DNA from: Bugula neritina
Taxonomy: Eukaryota; Animalia; Bryozoa
Assembly (NCBI GenBank): GCA_964035545.1
Contig: OZ037769.1
Coordinates: forward strand, 6,491,929 to 6,555,928
Length of the DNA stretch: 64,000 nt
Reading direction: 5' to 3'
Position numbers and translations under genes: made by a program. Below are positions 12,750-41,328 of the stretch, piece by piece; within the stretch, counting starts at the first letter, position 1, and each line of letters opens with the position of its first letter. The notes under the pieces were generated by a model. That model saw only the letters and a program-made list of their open reading frames with translations. It made no database searches and had not been told where the DNA came from.

Positions 12750-13145
12750 TAGTTATGCGGCGCAACAAATGTAAACCTACACCAATGGATATCGTTATAT
12801 ATTATTGGTGAATTGGCTAGATTCTAACCAATGGCAAACTCACACAGCTGTTTTAGAAATAGGCTAATCTAGTTTTTTGTAAAAGGGGTAACACACCAAA
12901 GTAGGGTTTTATTTTTGCAGAATAAAACAAGTAAAATTTATTACTAAAAACTATTCTTATTCAAAAGACTTTATTATTGTGTGGTCTTCATTAGAAGTTT
13001 ACAATTCACCACTATTTTCATCTAAACTAACTTACTTCCCCTATCATTTGAACTTCGAACGCGTGTATCCGGCGTAAGAAGAAAGCTTTCCGTAATTCTG
13101 ATTGAATGATTATGACCGTTGAACTAATTTGTATCCTGACTTTAG
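12750..13145. promoter_or_regulatory. Putative TTLL9 promoter, possibly bidirectional with SERCA
   Basis: Four CCAAT/ATTGG boxes at ~12782-12832; X-box-like GTTATGCGGCGCAAC at ~12752; - strand donor at ~12705 and + strand donor TTAG|GTATT at ~13145. Confidence 0.45.
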
Positions 13146-13543
13146 GTATTAGTATAATAGTTGTCAGGAGGTTAAAAATTATATCACTTGGAAAATGCCA
13201 GAACGTTATGCATGTGGTTCAGTAGTAAGCGTTAATAAATAGAAAGGAGGTGTAATATTGTTTATGATATTGAAGATCATGATGATGATGCAGGCGATAT
13301 CCTCATGGCTCATAGTCATCCTGATACTGATAGTGATACACTAATACTGATACTGATAATTATAATATATTATAGATGTGTGATACTCATACTGATACTA
13401 ATAATGATAATCATAGTGATGATCATTATATCTGCAGTACTAGTAGTAGTTGGTGCACTAAGTTAAAGTTTTGCTTTTGTCTTTTACTTTTAGCTTTGAT
13501 TTTAATTTTACGATTACTATTAGTATTACTTTTTACCTCTTAC

Positions 13544-14060
13544 CTCTTCTTCTTTAGAAAGCACTAGAGCATATAGCAAGTGGTGCTCTTCAATAGAACA
13601 GGTTGCAGTCTTTGGTTAGCTCGTACATGTCAATTAGTTGTCAAATGACTAGTGTGCACATCATTACGTATAAATGTAGATCACTTTTACTGTTTAGAAA
13701 GTTTAGATTTAAGTTCTCGTACTGTCTTTAGTAAAAAGCTATTGTAATAAGTGGATTTTTTTGCATATATTGTGGGGGGTACACCGCCTGATGTTGCTCT
13801 GGTGGCTGTTATACTTTCAGAGCTTTGTTTCATAAGTTCATCATATGTGCACATGAGCGATTTGTGATTTTCCTCTTTGGATAACAAGCGTATGAGAAGA
13901 GTATGCCTCGTGTTCATTTTTCTAGTTGCTAGTGTTTTTAATCGTAGCTCTTCGCGTGCCGCAGTTACACTCTCTCTTCCTTTGATTTTGGATATGAATC
14001 TAACGGCACCATTTTAAACCATTTCAATGTCGTGCTTTAAATATACAGTGGATGTATTAG
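13544..14060 (-). mobile_element. 5'-truncated, degenerate non-LTR retrotransposon (ORF2 C-terminus, 3'UTR, AAG tail)
   Basis: Joining shifted frames gives HDIEMV*NGAVRFISKIKGRE/SVTAAREELRLKTLATR/NTRHTLLIRLLSKEENH...TRATSGGVP...YYNSFLLKTVRELK*, resembling the post-RT C-terminus of CR1/L2-group LINEs; ends in AAGAAGAAG. Confidence 0.75.
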
Positions 14061-16750
14061 TATTACTAAAAGTAAAAGTTAGAAATAAAATTAAACTTAT
14101 TCTTATTTTGATTTTACAATTACAGTATAATCATAAGCACCAGTATCAGTTACACTTAGTCTTACAGTACCAGTACCACTACCAGCATTCCTATCAGTAT
14201 CACAATCAGACTAGCTATGACTATGAGTTCAACACTAACAATAACAGTAATAATAACGCTGCTATAACTATAAGTATATTTACTGTTATCAACAGTAAGT
14301 GTAGCTATACTTAATTTTATACTTATAGTTATAGCCCAATAGTAATCTTAAGCTTATCAGTTAATGTTATCTTTATCTTATATTTGATTTTATAACTGAC
14401 TAACACTAACAGCAACTCTGATTTTATAACTTTGATGTTTTAAATTATAGTATAACTGAAACTTAAGCTTACAGTTTGATTTATAAGTCTAAAGCTTGAA
14501 ATTTGTTCATTATGATTTTGATTATTCATTCATTTTTAATTTCAACTTGTTGCAACTATTTGAGTATTACTATAAGTATAATTTAAACATTATAGTTATA
14601 CTAATTCTAAAGTCAGTTTCTAAACTATCAGTAAGTAAGTTTTTGCTCTTGGACTGTTTTTTGTTTTTGGTGATACTAAATGTAGTTTGGATAAATGTTC
14701 ATGGCCTTTACGTAGTCTTTGACACTTGTAGTTTTTTCTATGGCTATAGCCTATAGCCAAAGCTTGTACTTATATGTTGTATACTTTTACCATTGGCTAT
14801 AGTTATCATGAATAATAATACTAGTACTTTTTGGTGTCTTTTAGGATTAGTTGATTTTTTATTCTTTCATTTCTAACTCTCAAGGTCTGCTATTAGTATC
14901 ACTACTAGTTTGTAAAGACAAAATTAAAAGTGATGTCAACCTTCATGTAAAAGTTTATTATTTTTACTAAATTAAAATTGAGACTAGTCTCACTAATTAC
15001 CTCACTTTTCATAAGTTATTACTATTAAACTTGCTTACTTCACCATTATAATTATCATACCCATAGATATATGATTAATTTATATGCCTTTGAGTGTGAT
15101 AATGGTATTGGTTTATTCATCCAATATTAAAATAAAGAGGCACAGTTATAAACATAATGACGAGAATGAAAATACTGAAGTAGTATTATATTTAGATTTA
15201 CTAAGGCCAAAAAAAAACTATATAATATATTGATCGTGATGACACTCGTACTCAACTCATACTTATGCTAAGTTGATGAATGTAGCATTGCTAACAATTA
15301 TCATGTTTTAATACTGATATCAATGCTGATGTAACCAACATTTTACTAGTAGTAATACTGATAGCTACACATGGCTTAAGTCATCAGTACTCTTTTTACA
15401 CTTGATTTTAGTGTTACTTAGGCTTAAAGCTACTATAACTATATGAGTAAGCTTTGCTGAATGTTTATTCTCAACTACAAATGTAACTCTGGACTGTTTA
15501 ATTACGTAGAATCTAATGCTGTATATTTATGATAATGTATTAAACATAAATGCTGGTATACTGCTACTCAATTAAAAATGAGTAGCAGTATGAAATTAAA
15601 TTTAGTCTAGTAACCCAAGTATATGTTGTTCTTGCATTATCACTAATAATTACAAATACTAACGCAATTCTACCTTATCATTTTAACAGTTATTATATTC
15701 ATTGTGATTTATATCTTCAATAAGTATTATAAATTGAGATTTTATTCATTGGAAACAAAAACCATAAATAAGAATTGTTCAACTTTTACTGCTGACTACT
15801 TCAAATAGTTTAAGACAAATTGTTATGGTTCAAATAGTTGTGATAATAATTGCCCTTGCCTACAGTATGAAATAGAAAAATCAGAACATTTTGAACATAG
15901 TATGAAGTGTTATAAAACAATATGCTGGCATTTAGTTGCTAAACCAGTGAGTTTCATTTTAACAGTTGGCCTCGACATGATGGCAGTTTAAAATTTCTTT
16001 ACTATTGCTTAAAACTAATGCCAGAATAGCAACTTAGATATTTGAAATCAGCTGTTTGTTAGCTAGGATTTGACTATTTGTACCAGAAAAGCTTGGTATA
16101 AATGTTGCCTGTATTCATACAGATGAGGTCTCTAAGAATATTAGCAGCTGTGCTGGTCTGTTCTGGTTTACAGCCATGTGTGATAATATAATTTATAGTT
16201 TAAATCCCAATCACAAAATATCTGTTGTGTTGAATAATCTAGATGCTTAGATATTAGGCTCAATTCAAAATCAGTACTTCATTGAACATTTTTGACAGCA
16301 AGATCTATCACTGATATATTAACGGAACAAAAAATATTTTGACGAGAAAAATTTAATTCATGACAAATAGCCTGTAACTGTTTTTATTGAAAACTATTTT
16401 GTTCTTTCAAATATTATGATTCAGAATTATGGATAGCTAAATGGTTGAAAACGTGATGATTTGAAACTAGTTATCAAACCTCTAGCTTGAACAACTTGAA
16501 TATATAACAATCTTATTATTAGATTATAAAGAGTGATCTCCAATATCACTGAATAATTTAGATATGAATTGAGAGTGGCATCATTTTATTCAAGTTTTCT
16601 TATTTATTTTCAGTTGAGTCACACGTGAGGGGTCTTGCTCTGATTCTCTGATTTCATATACACTTATAGCTGTGATCACTAACCTGCTGGGCTACAAATT
16701 CTCTGCTAAAGACACTCAACGTCGGGTGTTTTCACCCTATCAAACTAATC

Positions 16751-31926
<15,176 letters not shown>

Positions 31927-33093
31927 CCTGTAGCTCTGATTTTCCGTATTGTGATTGATTTCACTTGCCCAGCGTGTGCTCCATTGCTACTAATCTGCCC
32001 CTGAAATAGTATTGAGATCACCCTTGCAATCTGTAACAATCGTAATAGGAAATTGAACTGAGATTGCTTTACAGTCTGTGCATTATCTACAAGCTTAAAC
32101 TGTTCTAGTATTACTAGCAGGTTTTCATGATGAATGTTTTCCATCCTTAGAGTTTTATCCCAACTTCAACCCATTATTTATGTAACAGCATTATATTGTA
32201 AAATATGGTCGAATTATGCATTGATGGTATCTAATGTTATGTAATTGTTAAGTGTCTGTTTTTTATTTTATGTATAAAATTGCAATATGCCTTATATAAA
32301 TATTATAATTTGTAGATATATTCAGTTTTTTGCATTAGATTCTGACCTCAGTTTAAGGAAACTTATTGCTTTGAAATTATTCTGATCTCTGATGCCGTTA
32401 GCTTTACATTCCGCATGGAATTGTAATTCACTACTATTCTACTTCATTTCAATGTTATTGTCTTGTAACTCTTTATTCATAAATTAACTAATTAATGCAT
32501 CTAAATAAATTTTTGTTGATTCATCTCGTTTTAGTTAAATTTCAGCTCATCTTGAAATAATACCACTCTAGTAACAATTAGCAATCGAAGTGATCATCTT
32601 ACCAAGTTTGTCAATATTTATTAGAGATGTGCCAAAAGACTAGTATTTGTTGTGCATTATATCATCTTGCAGTTTAGTTTATTTTAAATTAATATTCAGC
32701 ACAATTTTATATGAGCAAAGTAAAGACCCCCTTTACTGCTCCCTTGTTTCTACTTTCACCCAAGTTACAATGCAAGTGTTTCAATTAACAAGCATGTGGT
32801 GTGCTCAGTGTGAATAGCGTTAGTCGACCTGACCCTCCACATGTCAATCTTTCACACATGTGCACTACAGCGCAGGTAATATTCTACACTACTAATAGCG
32901 TATTATGAAATGTTTGTCAAGAGTGTTCATGTTAAATAGGTGTGTGTTCGTTTAATAAATGCACGTCTTGTGTACAGTATGCAGCATATTATTTTTCTAG
33001 CTAGCTGTGTTGTCCAGTAAAACGAGATTACTTAAAAATTATTAAGTGTGGAAACTAATATAACAGCTGGGACTAACTGTTTTTGTTTTTTAG

Positions 33094-33140
33094 GGGGAAA
33101 GCAGGAAACGAAAGTGCTGCTGGAGAAGAAACGGCGTTGA
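33094..33140 (+). CDS. ATP2A: Candidate alternative terminal exon of SERCA (short a-type tail)
   Basis: Branch point ACTAAC plus TGTTTTTGTTTTTTAG acceptor. Spliced from the internal donor GAAG|GTAGAA at 31846 it gives ...NYTEGGKQETKVLLEKKRR*. Confidence 0.65.
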
Positions 33141-34185
33141 AATAAGAACGTACTTTTATTTGCCGATAACTTCAAGATTTCACCTTTTACATTTTTCGAA
33201 GCATTGAACTGATTTGCTATATTCTGAAGAACATGATGATGTTGCAAATATTTCTTTTTTAAGACTTTTTTTCTCCCTTCACAATCTGCCCTTTTTGTTT
33301 TTCGCCATAATTTAGAATGTAACTGTTGTTCATATCTCAGTATTTTGTTTGTTTAGTGACAGCAAGTTATCTGATAGACATGTTTTTGGGCAGAATGAGC
33401 AATTATATCTGTTTTGACGTTTCTCCAAAGAGTGAATTTGTTGCACTGTATTATGACTGTACAGAGTGATTAGATCTGTAGTTATTAGCTCTTTCTGGGC
33501 CCATTTTCTAGCATTTACTTTTGAATAACTTATATTTTGAGATATTTTCCTTATTTTATTTGTTAAAATACACTCGACTTGTATGGTGTATACGGTAGTG
33601 GTATGTTGGCATCCCAAATAGCTAGTTGATAAAATTGAGTCAATGGTAACTAGTATGCCACTTAGCATTAATTTAGTATTGCAAGCAAAAGACAGGCACA
33701 ACAGCTAAAACATGAAAAGGTGTTGAACGTACTTGCAAAAGAAATGCTCACAATAAGATATGCTAAGTAAAAATGTAAATAAAATCCAGTTGCACAAAGA
33801 TCTAATGCACTATGACTGTCATTCATCGAGCTGATGATTATATTAAGCTAATGAAACTAATAATACAGCAAAACTCTTGACGAAATAATATGTATGTGTG
33901 TATGTTGAAATGCTGAAATTAAAATTTTTTACAACAATCAAAAAATAAACATGTACAGATTTGTTTGAAAATTACTTGTGGAATTGACCCGTCATGCAAC
34001 CATAGATCAGCCTATACAGCTATGTCTAGATTTACCTCTGGTGGTCATGTAAATGATGTTAGTTTTAGAAAGTTTATAGCTAATATTGTCATATAACCGT
34101 AAATAAAGCAAAAACTGGATCCTGGTGAGATTTACTTCACATTGTATTGTAATACCCTCCTGAATGTAATTTGCCATTGTAAATA

Positions 34186-37100
34186 TCAAGAGCCTAAAAG
34201 TTGGAGTTGTGTTCCTAAAGCTGTTGACATCGCCGTGGGACTAGTGAACGTAGAGAAACTATCTGATGAGATTGCCCTTCTAGAGTTACCTGTAGACGCA
34301 GTTGTAGTAGGACTGGTTAGTACTGCTCTTCTGCAAAATATGAGTAATTCTATGAAATGAGCAGGAAAATTTGATGAGACAACTCCATAAGTAGAATAAA
34401 GGCAAACGACACTAGTTTTGTTATTTTGCATAAACTGTAATTCATGTGAATAGCAAGCATGTATTATGAAAATGATTGATTGTTCACAATAAAAGGACAC
34501 CCTTGTTCACGACCGCAGCTATAGTGGTTTGGTTTATTTTAGTGGATAAAGTTATTGTTATTTATCTTGACACAAATTCTGGACTAGAGGTTCAAACTCT
34601 ACCAAGGATTAGTGTCATTGGTTAAGACTTTTGGTTTAAACTCCTCGCATCACTTAAAAGCCCTTAAGCTATGTTTCCAGCATGACTTGCTGAAAAAAAT
34701 GTATAGCTATCAAAATGGATCACTACAAATGAAAAAATGGGAATCTCATGATCACTCCAGAACACATTTACTATCACATTTTCGGTGTTTGATTAGAAGT
34801 CTATGACTATATCATTATAATACTTTAAAATTTGCAGTTAGCTTTCACATTTTGTTTTCAACTAATTCTATGGTTTAATTCAACTTTCATTTAGCAAAAG
34901 AAATTGCATCTAATGTTTTCGCAATTTTGAGAAATACTGATATCAATTGAAATTTCTTTTTTGTAAAACTAACGTGTTACAAATGCCAAAAAAATAATTA
35001 TAACCACCAATATAAGCAAATTTGTATTAAACTGTAATTGCCTTATACGTTTTTACTGATTCATATAAGAATATTTCACAAAATTTGTGTTATAGTTAGC
35101 ACCTAATGTTTTTATTGCTGTCATAAATATATAAATTTCGTCATATAAACGTAATAGGCCTATATAGAAATAATTACTTAGAGTGAGAGTCCAAATGAGA
35201 TTTCTCAAGACGCTTATCCTTGGCTCTTCGGTTTTGAAACCAGATTTTTATTTGTGTTTCAGATAGATGCAGGAGGTCTGCCAACTCAAATCTACAAAGG
35301 ATAACCAAATAGAAGTGTACAGCAATATAGTAAGACTTTTAAAAACCTGTATGTTTTACAGTTGTTTCAATCAGAACACTAATTTTATAACTTATAAGTA
35401 TAATAATATTAGATATTTAAGCAACAGATAGGGTGTCACGAGTTTCATGATTGAAAGTTGACATTTACCTTTTTAATATTAGAGTACAACATGCATATGT
35501 AATATATAATATATACTATAATAATACAATATTCAAAGTTTTGATTACAACTTTAGTTTATGTTGGGCTATATATACAGTAGTACAATAACAAGACATAT
35601 AATGGCTGTAAATTGATATTATATTATTTTTTAGCTAAATGAATTGTTTAGGCTATCAAATAATTTACAGAATCTAGAACTGTGTGTAGACCAACCTTCT
35701 GGCTCTGGTTATATACTCAGTTCTGCCATACTCTAACTCCAAACTTAGCGTCTGCTCGCTAGAAAATGTGGTTCTTTGCCTTCTGCTGCTACTTTCTCTT
35801 CTCTGCTTCTTCTTCTGCACTACACAGCAGAAGTTGTGTTACATTTCATCACACTTTAGTATCCATAGCAATTTTTAACAGCTTTATTTTATTTTATTTA
35901 AATTTCATGTATTATTAAAATGTGTAATACTATTTATAAAATATTAGTTTTATGATGTTAAATTAATAACAAATCAAGAATAAATATTAATTAGCTTAAA
36001 AACAGCTATTCTTTCTAACTTGTGAAAATGCCTTCATTATCTATCATTTTTCAGTACTCCAACCTTTAAGCTGTGACAAGGAATATGGAAGCTATATTCT
36101 AGATATTCCAGAAAATATATTTAGATAGACTTACATATTGAGGCCAGTGGTTCTAGGGATCTTTGTGAAAGATAATTGCTCCCACTTGTGTAATACAGAG
36201 AACTAGACGAAGTGGAAAAAGCGCTGTGATTGGATGATGAATTGTATGGAACTATAGCATTGGTAGTGGGCGGTGGCGGGCTATCATTGCTACGCAACTG
36301 ATGAGTCGAATTCAACCCTATAATAATTAGGTCACAATATTAAATATGATCATCTGTGTACCACACTCTGTCTACTTAGAGCAGAGCTGTCCAACAGGAG
36401 GCCCTAGGGCCATATGCGGCCCCCAGATTACATTTAAGACATAACAAATAAAATTATTTTGCACATATGCATGAGATAGAGTGGGAAAGCTACCTTTTAA
36501 ATGTCTTATTTTTATATGTGCTAAAAATGCAGCCTGCAGTAACTATTTGGACTTCATTGTGTAATAAGTCATACAAATTTGAAATAAAGTCACTTGAAAA
36601 AACTGATACTGTGACCCCCAGCTGAAGTTCAAGTTTACAGTGTCGCCCTTAAGCCATGAAATATTCTATTTCTGTGGCCCTCCCTCTGAAAAGGTTGGAC
36701 ACTCTTGATTTAAAACTAAGACTAGTTTGATTTTAGATATCAAAAGTTCATAATCTAATTATAGGCATAATTTTAGATGATGCAAATTAAGACTGGTTTG
36801 GCTGACTGTTGAAATGAATGAATGAAAATTTGAAATGGCGGTCAAACCTCATTAACACAGCATGTTGCTTACTATTAGTTATATAGCCCAGTATGTTTAT
36901 GGAAAATAAACTTAATGTATATATACTGTATACAAACTGTATGCTCTTAAGTTTTAGAGACACAGCATAATGTGCCGACTGCATATTAGCAGATTTCTCA
37001 CTTACTGTGACTGGTAGGTGTGTTGGTTGTGTTGAAAGAGCTGCTTGTACTGGCCAATGGGTGATAGGATGTGTTATTGAAGGACAGATGGGTAGAGCTG

Positions 37101-37982
37101 AGCTGGCGCGAGGGATAGAATGGTGAAGAATCGACACCACTTGAATGTGGGTACTACAAAGCAATATCATTATGGCTTAGCAAGTTTAGTTTTATATCAA
37201 CTATTTTCTCTTCAGATACTATTACAAATGTACGCTTTTGCTTAAATCTTAATCACGAAATTTTTTCTGATACAGTTCTTTGATATTGAAAGATTTTATA
37301 TGCTAACAATTAAAAATTGTAATTATTACTTTTAAATGCTTATTCTTGTAAAAATGTTAAGACATTTTTGGAAACGTCTAAAACAGGCTAAAATCTTGTA
37401 AGTGGTCATAGTGTTAACAAGCATAAATATAATTATTATAATCAATCAGTGCAAAAACATAAAGTCATCTTCTTTGGCTTGCACAATGCTTTCTGTGCAT
37501 GCAGCCCATTTCTCTCATTCTTCACAGACATGCAATAGGCTGCCTGTTTATTAATAATGAAGAAATATTTTATCTTTTTGTGACCCCAATTAAAGCAGAG
37601 CCAAGTTAAAAAAAGTGCACGTATATATCATTATCTCTTTATATAATATTGAAATACAACATATAGTAATTAAACTATAATATACATGCTTTAGTAATGT
37701 TAATTGAATTAAACTTACCTTGTAAACTGAAGAATGAAATGGATTAGTGTAGCTGTAGTCTAAGTTGCAGTGTTGATCAGCCGTGAGAGTGGAATTTATC
37801 ATAGGAGTGGTTGGTATCTGGTGATTGAGGTGGTGGTAGTTGAGAGCAATGCTGTTATTATTGTTGTCATGGTGACTGAGTGTGTTTTGGCGAGGGCTAA
37901 TGGATTGGTGTGGAGACTTTGTGGGGGAAGTGCTGGAGGAGAAGTCACTAGCAGGTATGTACTCTGTTATTGTCAAGGTCAT
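34186..37982 (-). CDS. ro: Rough-family ANTP-class homeobox transcription factor (6 coding exons)
   Basis: Exons 37982-37719, 37153-37006, 36317-36135, 35819-35696, 35291-35178 and 34330-34186 join with compatible phases. Homeodomain [60 protein letters not shown] closely matches Drosophila Rough ([13 protein letters not shown]...[14 protein letters not shown]). First and last exons are less certain than the homeobox. Confidence 0.9.
36382..36707 (+). mobile_element. hAT MITE, copy 2 (rough intron)
   Basis: CAGAGCTGTCCAAC...GTTGGACACTCTTG; internally colinear with 19700-20049; decayed TSD ACTTAGAG/ATTTAAAA. Confidence 0.85.
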
Positions 37983-39946
37983 GGTATAGCTGTTGGCATA
38001 AAATATCGAAAATTATAATATTCTAGTATTCCAGTTTAACCCTGCTAGCAGCTAACAACTTTAGCTGGTTTCTTTGTGGATAATACAATACAAATGTACT
38101 ACAGTAAATAAAAAAATATTAAAAATTGTCAGGGATAATCTATTACCATATAAAGCAATTCATTTCAACTGTCACCAAGACTGTTTATACACAATACATA
38201 ATAATACACTAATTGAGAGCTTATTGTATGCTACTACACCTGTAAGCATTAGAAATTATTAAAAAAACAGTTGCTAACTACATAATGTGACATAAAAGAA
38301 ATATAATCAAAGTTAAATAATAAAAATTGCCTATCATATAAATGCCTAATGTATTGACTTTCAAATCTAATATTAATCACTATATTGCGCGCTTGCAAGT
38401 CACTACAATTACTACCTTATATCATAAACTATTAATTAATATAAACGATAATGATGATATTGTATTAAGACAGAGTCAAGCCAAAATGATATACAATATT
38501 CATTAGAGCAATAATTACAATAAATAACTTGCCCTCAATAATTATTATACTAATTGTTATGAAGCAACATCTGCTAGCTCACCTTTAACCTGAGGAGGTA
38601 AGAAAGTAGTGAGTGAGATTCACATATGGTTTAATATTTATACATTGTTCAAACTCATCTTATTGTGTGCTCAAATTTCTTAGCCTAATTCCTATTCAAC
38701 ATCTTTTGTATCATAGTGTGCCCTGGCATGTGCTTGTCTATTACACCAACAATCTCACACTGTGTTCTTTGTGGTGATGGGTGGATTAAGGATAAGTGAA
38801 TTAGGGGGTGCATGTAGTCTTCCTTACAAGTCATCAAAAATCTAAATCCTGTTTGCAGAAAAAAAATCTCTGATAAATTAAAATTTTCGTTTAATTATAA
38901 AAATAGGTATAATACCATTTATCAATTTTTTTGCAAGCGGTGTTAATAGTCTCTTTGCTAAAAAGATTTAATTTATCCACTTGCTCATATAAACTGGCAA
39001 ACTCTTTTGTCTACCTAACAATCACACATTTCATAACGAGACCGAAATTAATGGCCAAACTGTTAACCCTTTGGCTTAATTGTACTCTAGTGTTTTGTAG
39101 AAAAAATATTTTTAATAGAAGGAAATAATTGTTATTGCTTGTATGGGACCTCTGTGAATAGGCTATTAGCAGAAGCAGTAGCAGTAAATGTATTGTGGAA
39201 AAGACAGGCTATGAGAGATGATTGTAGCAATCTCAGCGCATAGAACAAAAAAACATTCCACTCTTCACTTGAAACACATTTTTGAATAATAATGTTGAAA
39301 CAATACCACAACAAAAGGATTTCCACGTTGCTGTAAATATTTACATCAAGTTCTGCAGTTGAAATTTTGTTGTAAATATAATATTTTTTTAAAGTTGTTC
39401 ATCATAAATTAAAACAAACATTTTACTATGTAGTACACAGCTAAACTTTCTTTATATATAATTCACCATCTGTTGTACTCGATGTTGTCTAAATTAATTA
39501 ATAAGCTGGTCAAAGGTTTAATTGAAATTAGTCAAAAACTGTACAAAATTAAAGCTACAAATCAGCATTCGGATTGCAATAGTTGGTACATCAACAACTT
39601 GGCAGGCTCATAAAAAAATTACTATAAAAAACCAAAAACTTGAATTGTTTTCAGTACAACATTTGCATTATATAATACCTGATCATTATATTATATCATT
39701 TTATTAACTAATATCTAACATATTATAATTAGTCTTATATTATTTTATATACTTCAACAGTTTTAGTGGCTAGTTAAGGGAAAATAAAATAAAATTACTG
39801 TGCCAGCAGCACACTAAAGCAGTTCCTTATATTATACTCCCTTTTATTCAAATTATGCATACATGCAAATTAATTGTAAAAAATTAAATGCTTGAATGAG
39901 TTGAACATATCAAATAACATAATATGCTTATTGCAATTTTCAGATA

Positions 39947-39982
<36 letters not shown>

Positions 39983-39992
39983 GTGTGTGTGT
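39947..39992. repeat. (TGCG)n(TG)n microsatellite
   Basis: Direct reading. Confidence 0.95.
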
Positions 39993-41013
39993 AATAGTGT
40001 CTTATTTAAGACCTAAACTAAGGAACTAAGATAACATGTAAGGGCATAAACATAATGAAGCTGTGCAATTTCTTCAACTGTTTCATTAATAACACTGCTC
40101 TATATTTCAATTGGCATATTACAGTACATAAAGATATATAGTAGATGAAAGAACACAATCTACAAATAAGATAATCAACACTCTTAATACTATTAGACTT
40201 GTAGCAATAATCATAATAATCAAATGACGGAATTGTTGTTCTAAATTTGGTGTTTTATGTATGATGAAGTAGTGTTGTATAAATATTGCCGCTGATGTTG
40301 ATTGCAAACTTGAAAAACTGATTATTTATTTTACATTATCAGCATTGAAAATCTTCAGTTAGCATTTATTCATCAAATGAGCACATATTATTGTTGTGAA
40401 ATAATACATAGTGAAGTAAATATTATATAATTATGCTATCATAGTAACAGAACAGTATGCAAAGGTACTATATAGTACATTGTCATTATAATTTTATTTG
40501 ATGTATTTGTAGTTCATTATAATGTACAACATGCAGCAATTTAAAAATTAGTTTAAGTTTATTGTATAACTTCGGAATAAAATAAATATAATCTTAAAAG
40601 CCTTCTTGAATTACTTTCATAAATTAGTGGCACATTATTACTGTAATTGTTCAGAAAATTCATTTTATGCATTATTATTATGGAAAATTGCATTTGACAC
40701 AAGGAATTACTCGTATTTTTCAAAAATAAAACCAACTACCAGTTATGTTTTGCAAGTATAACCATGTCACTCTACACTGAAAGTAATATATGGTTATTTC
40801 ATTGGCTTTTAGTGATACAATTTTAGCCTGAAAACCAAAAAATTTAAAAACTAAAGTTGTTAAAATATATCACCTTGCCATATCAATTTTTACCAAAAAC
40901 ATTCAGAGGTAATTTCCGATCTTATAGAAGTTGTTCTATAGATGCATTACTGTCTTAGATAAACTTGTAATCGGAGAGCTTGTGTTGTAGATTGCAAAAA
41001 TAATGATATAGGC

Positions 41014-41328
41014 GAGAGGTGTTCAACCTTTTCAGAGTGAGAGCCACTGAAAGGGCGAGGGCCACATTGGAAAATTTAGTTTGAGTTGGGGGGGGGGGGG
41101 CACAGCATTAGTATTTTTCAAATTACTTTTTTCAAAATTCTTACATAATGATGTCCAAATAATCATTCTTTTATAGTAGGTGTATAAGTAAGACATTTAA
41201 AAGGTTGATTTTCACTCTAATTCACATACGTGTGAAAAATAATTAATTTAGTTTTATGTCTTTGAGGGCCACATAAATGTAGGCTGGGGTTACATCCGGC
41301 CCTGGGGCTCGCCTGTTGGACAGCCCTG
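41014..41328 (-). mobile_element. hAT MITE, copy 3 (reverse orientation)
   Basis: GAGAGGTGTTCAACC...GTTGGACAGCCCTG; TSD ATATAGGC/ATGTAGGT; reverse complement of copy 1 internal sequence. Confidence 0.85.

Noticed and set aside
13687-13917. 76-aa ORF as a small host gene
   Set aside because: It is the last frame of a frameshifted LINE ORF2 remnant.
32300-32660. Other candidate SERCA terminal exons (acceptors near 32315, 32338, 32533, 32623)
   Set aside because: Weaker acceptor context and uninformative peptides compared with 33094; not excluded without RNA data.
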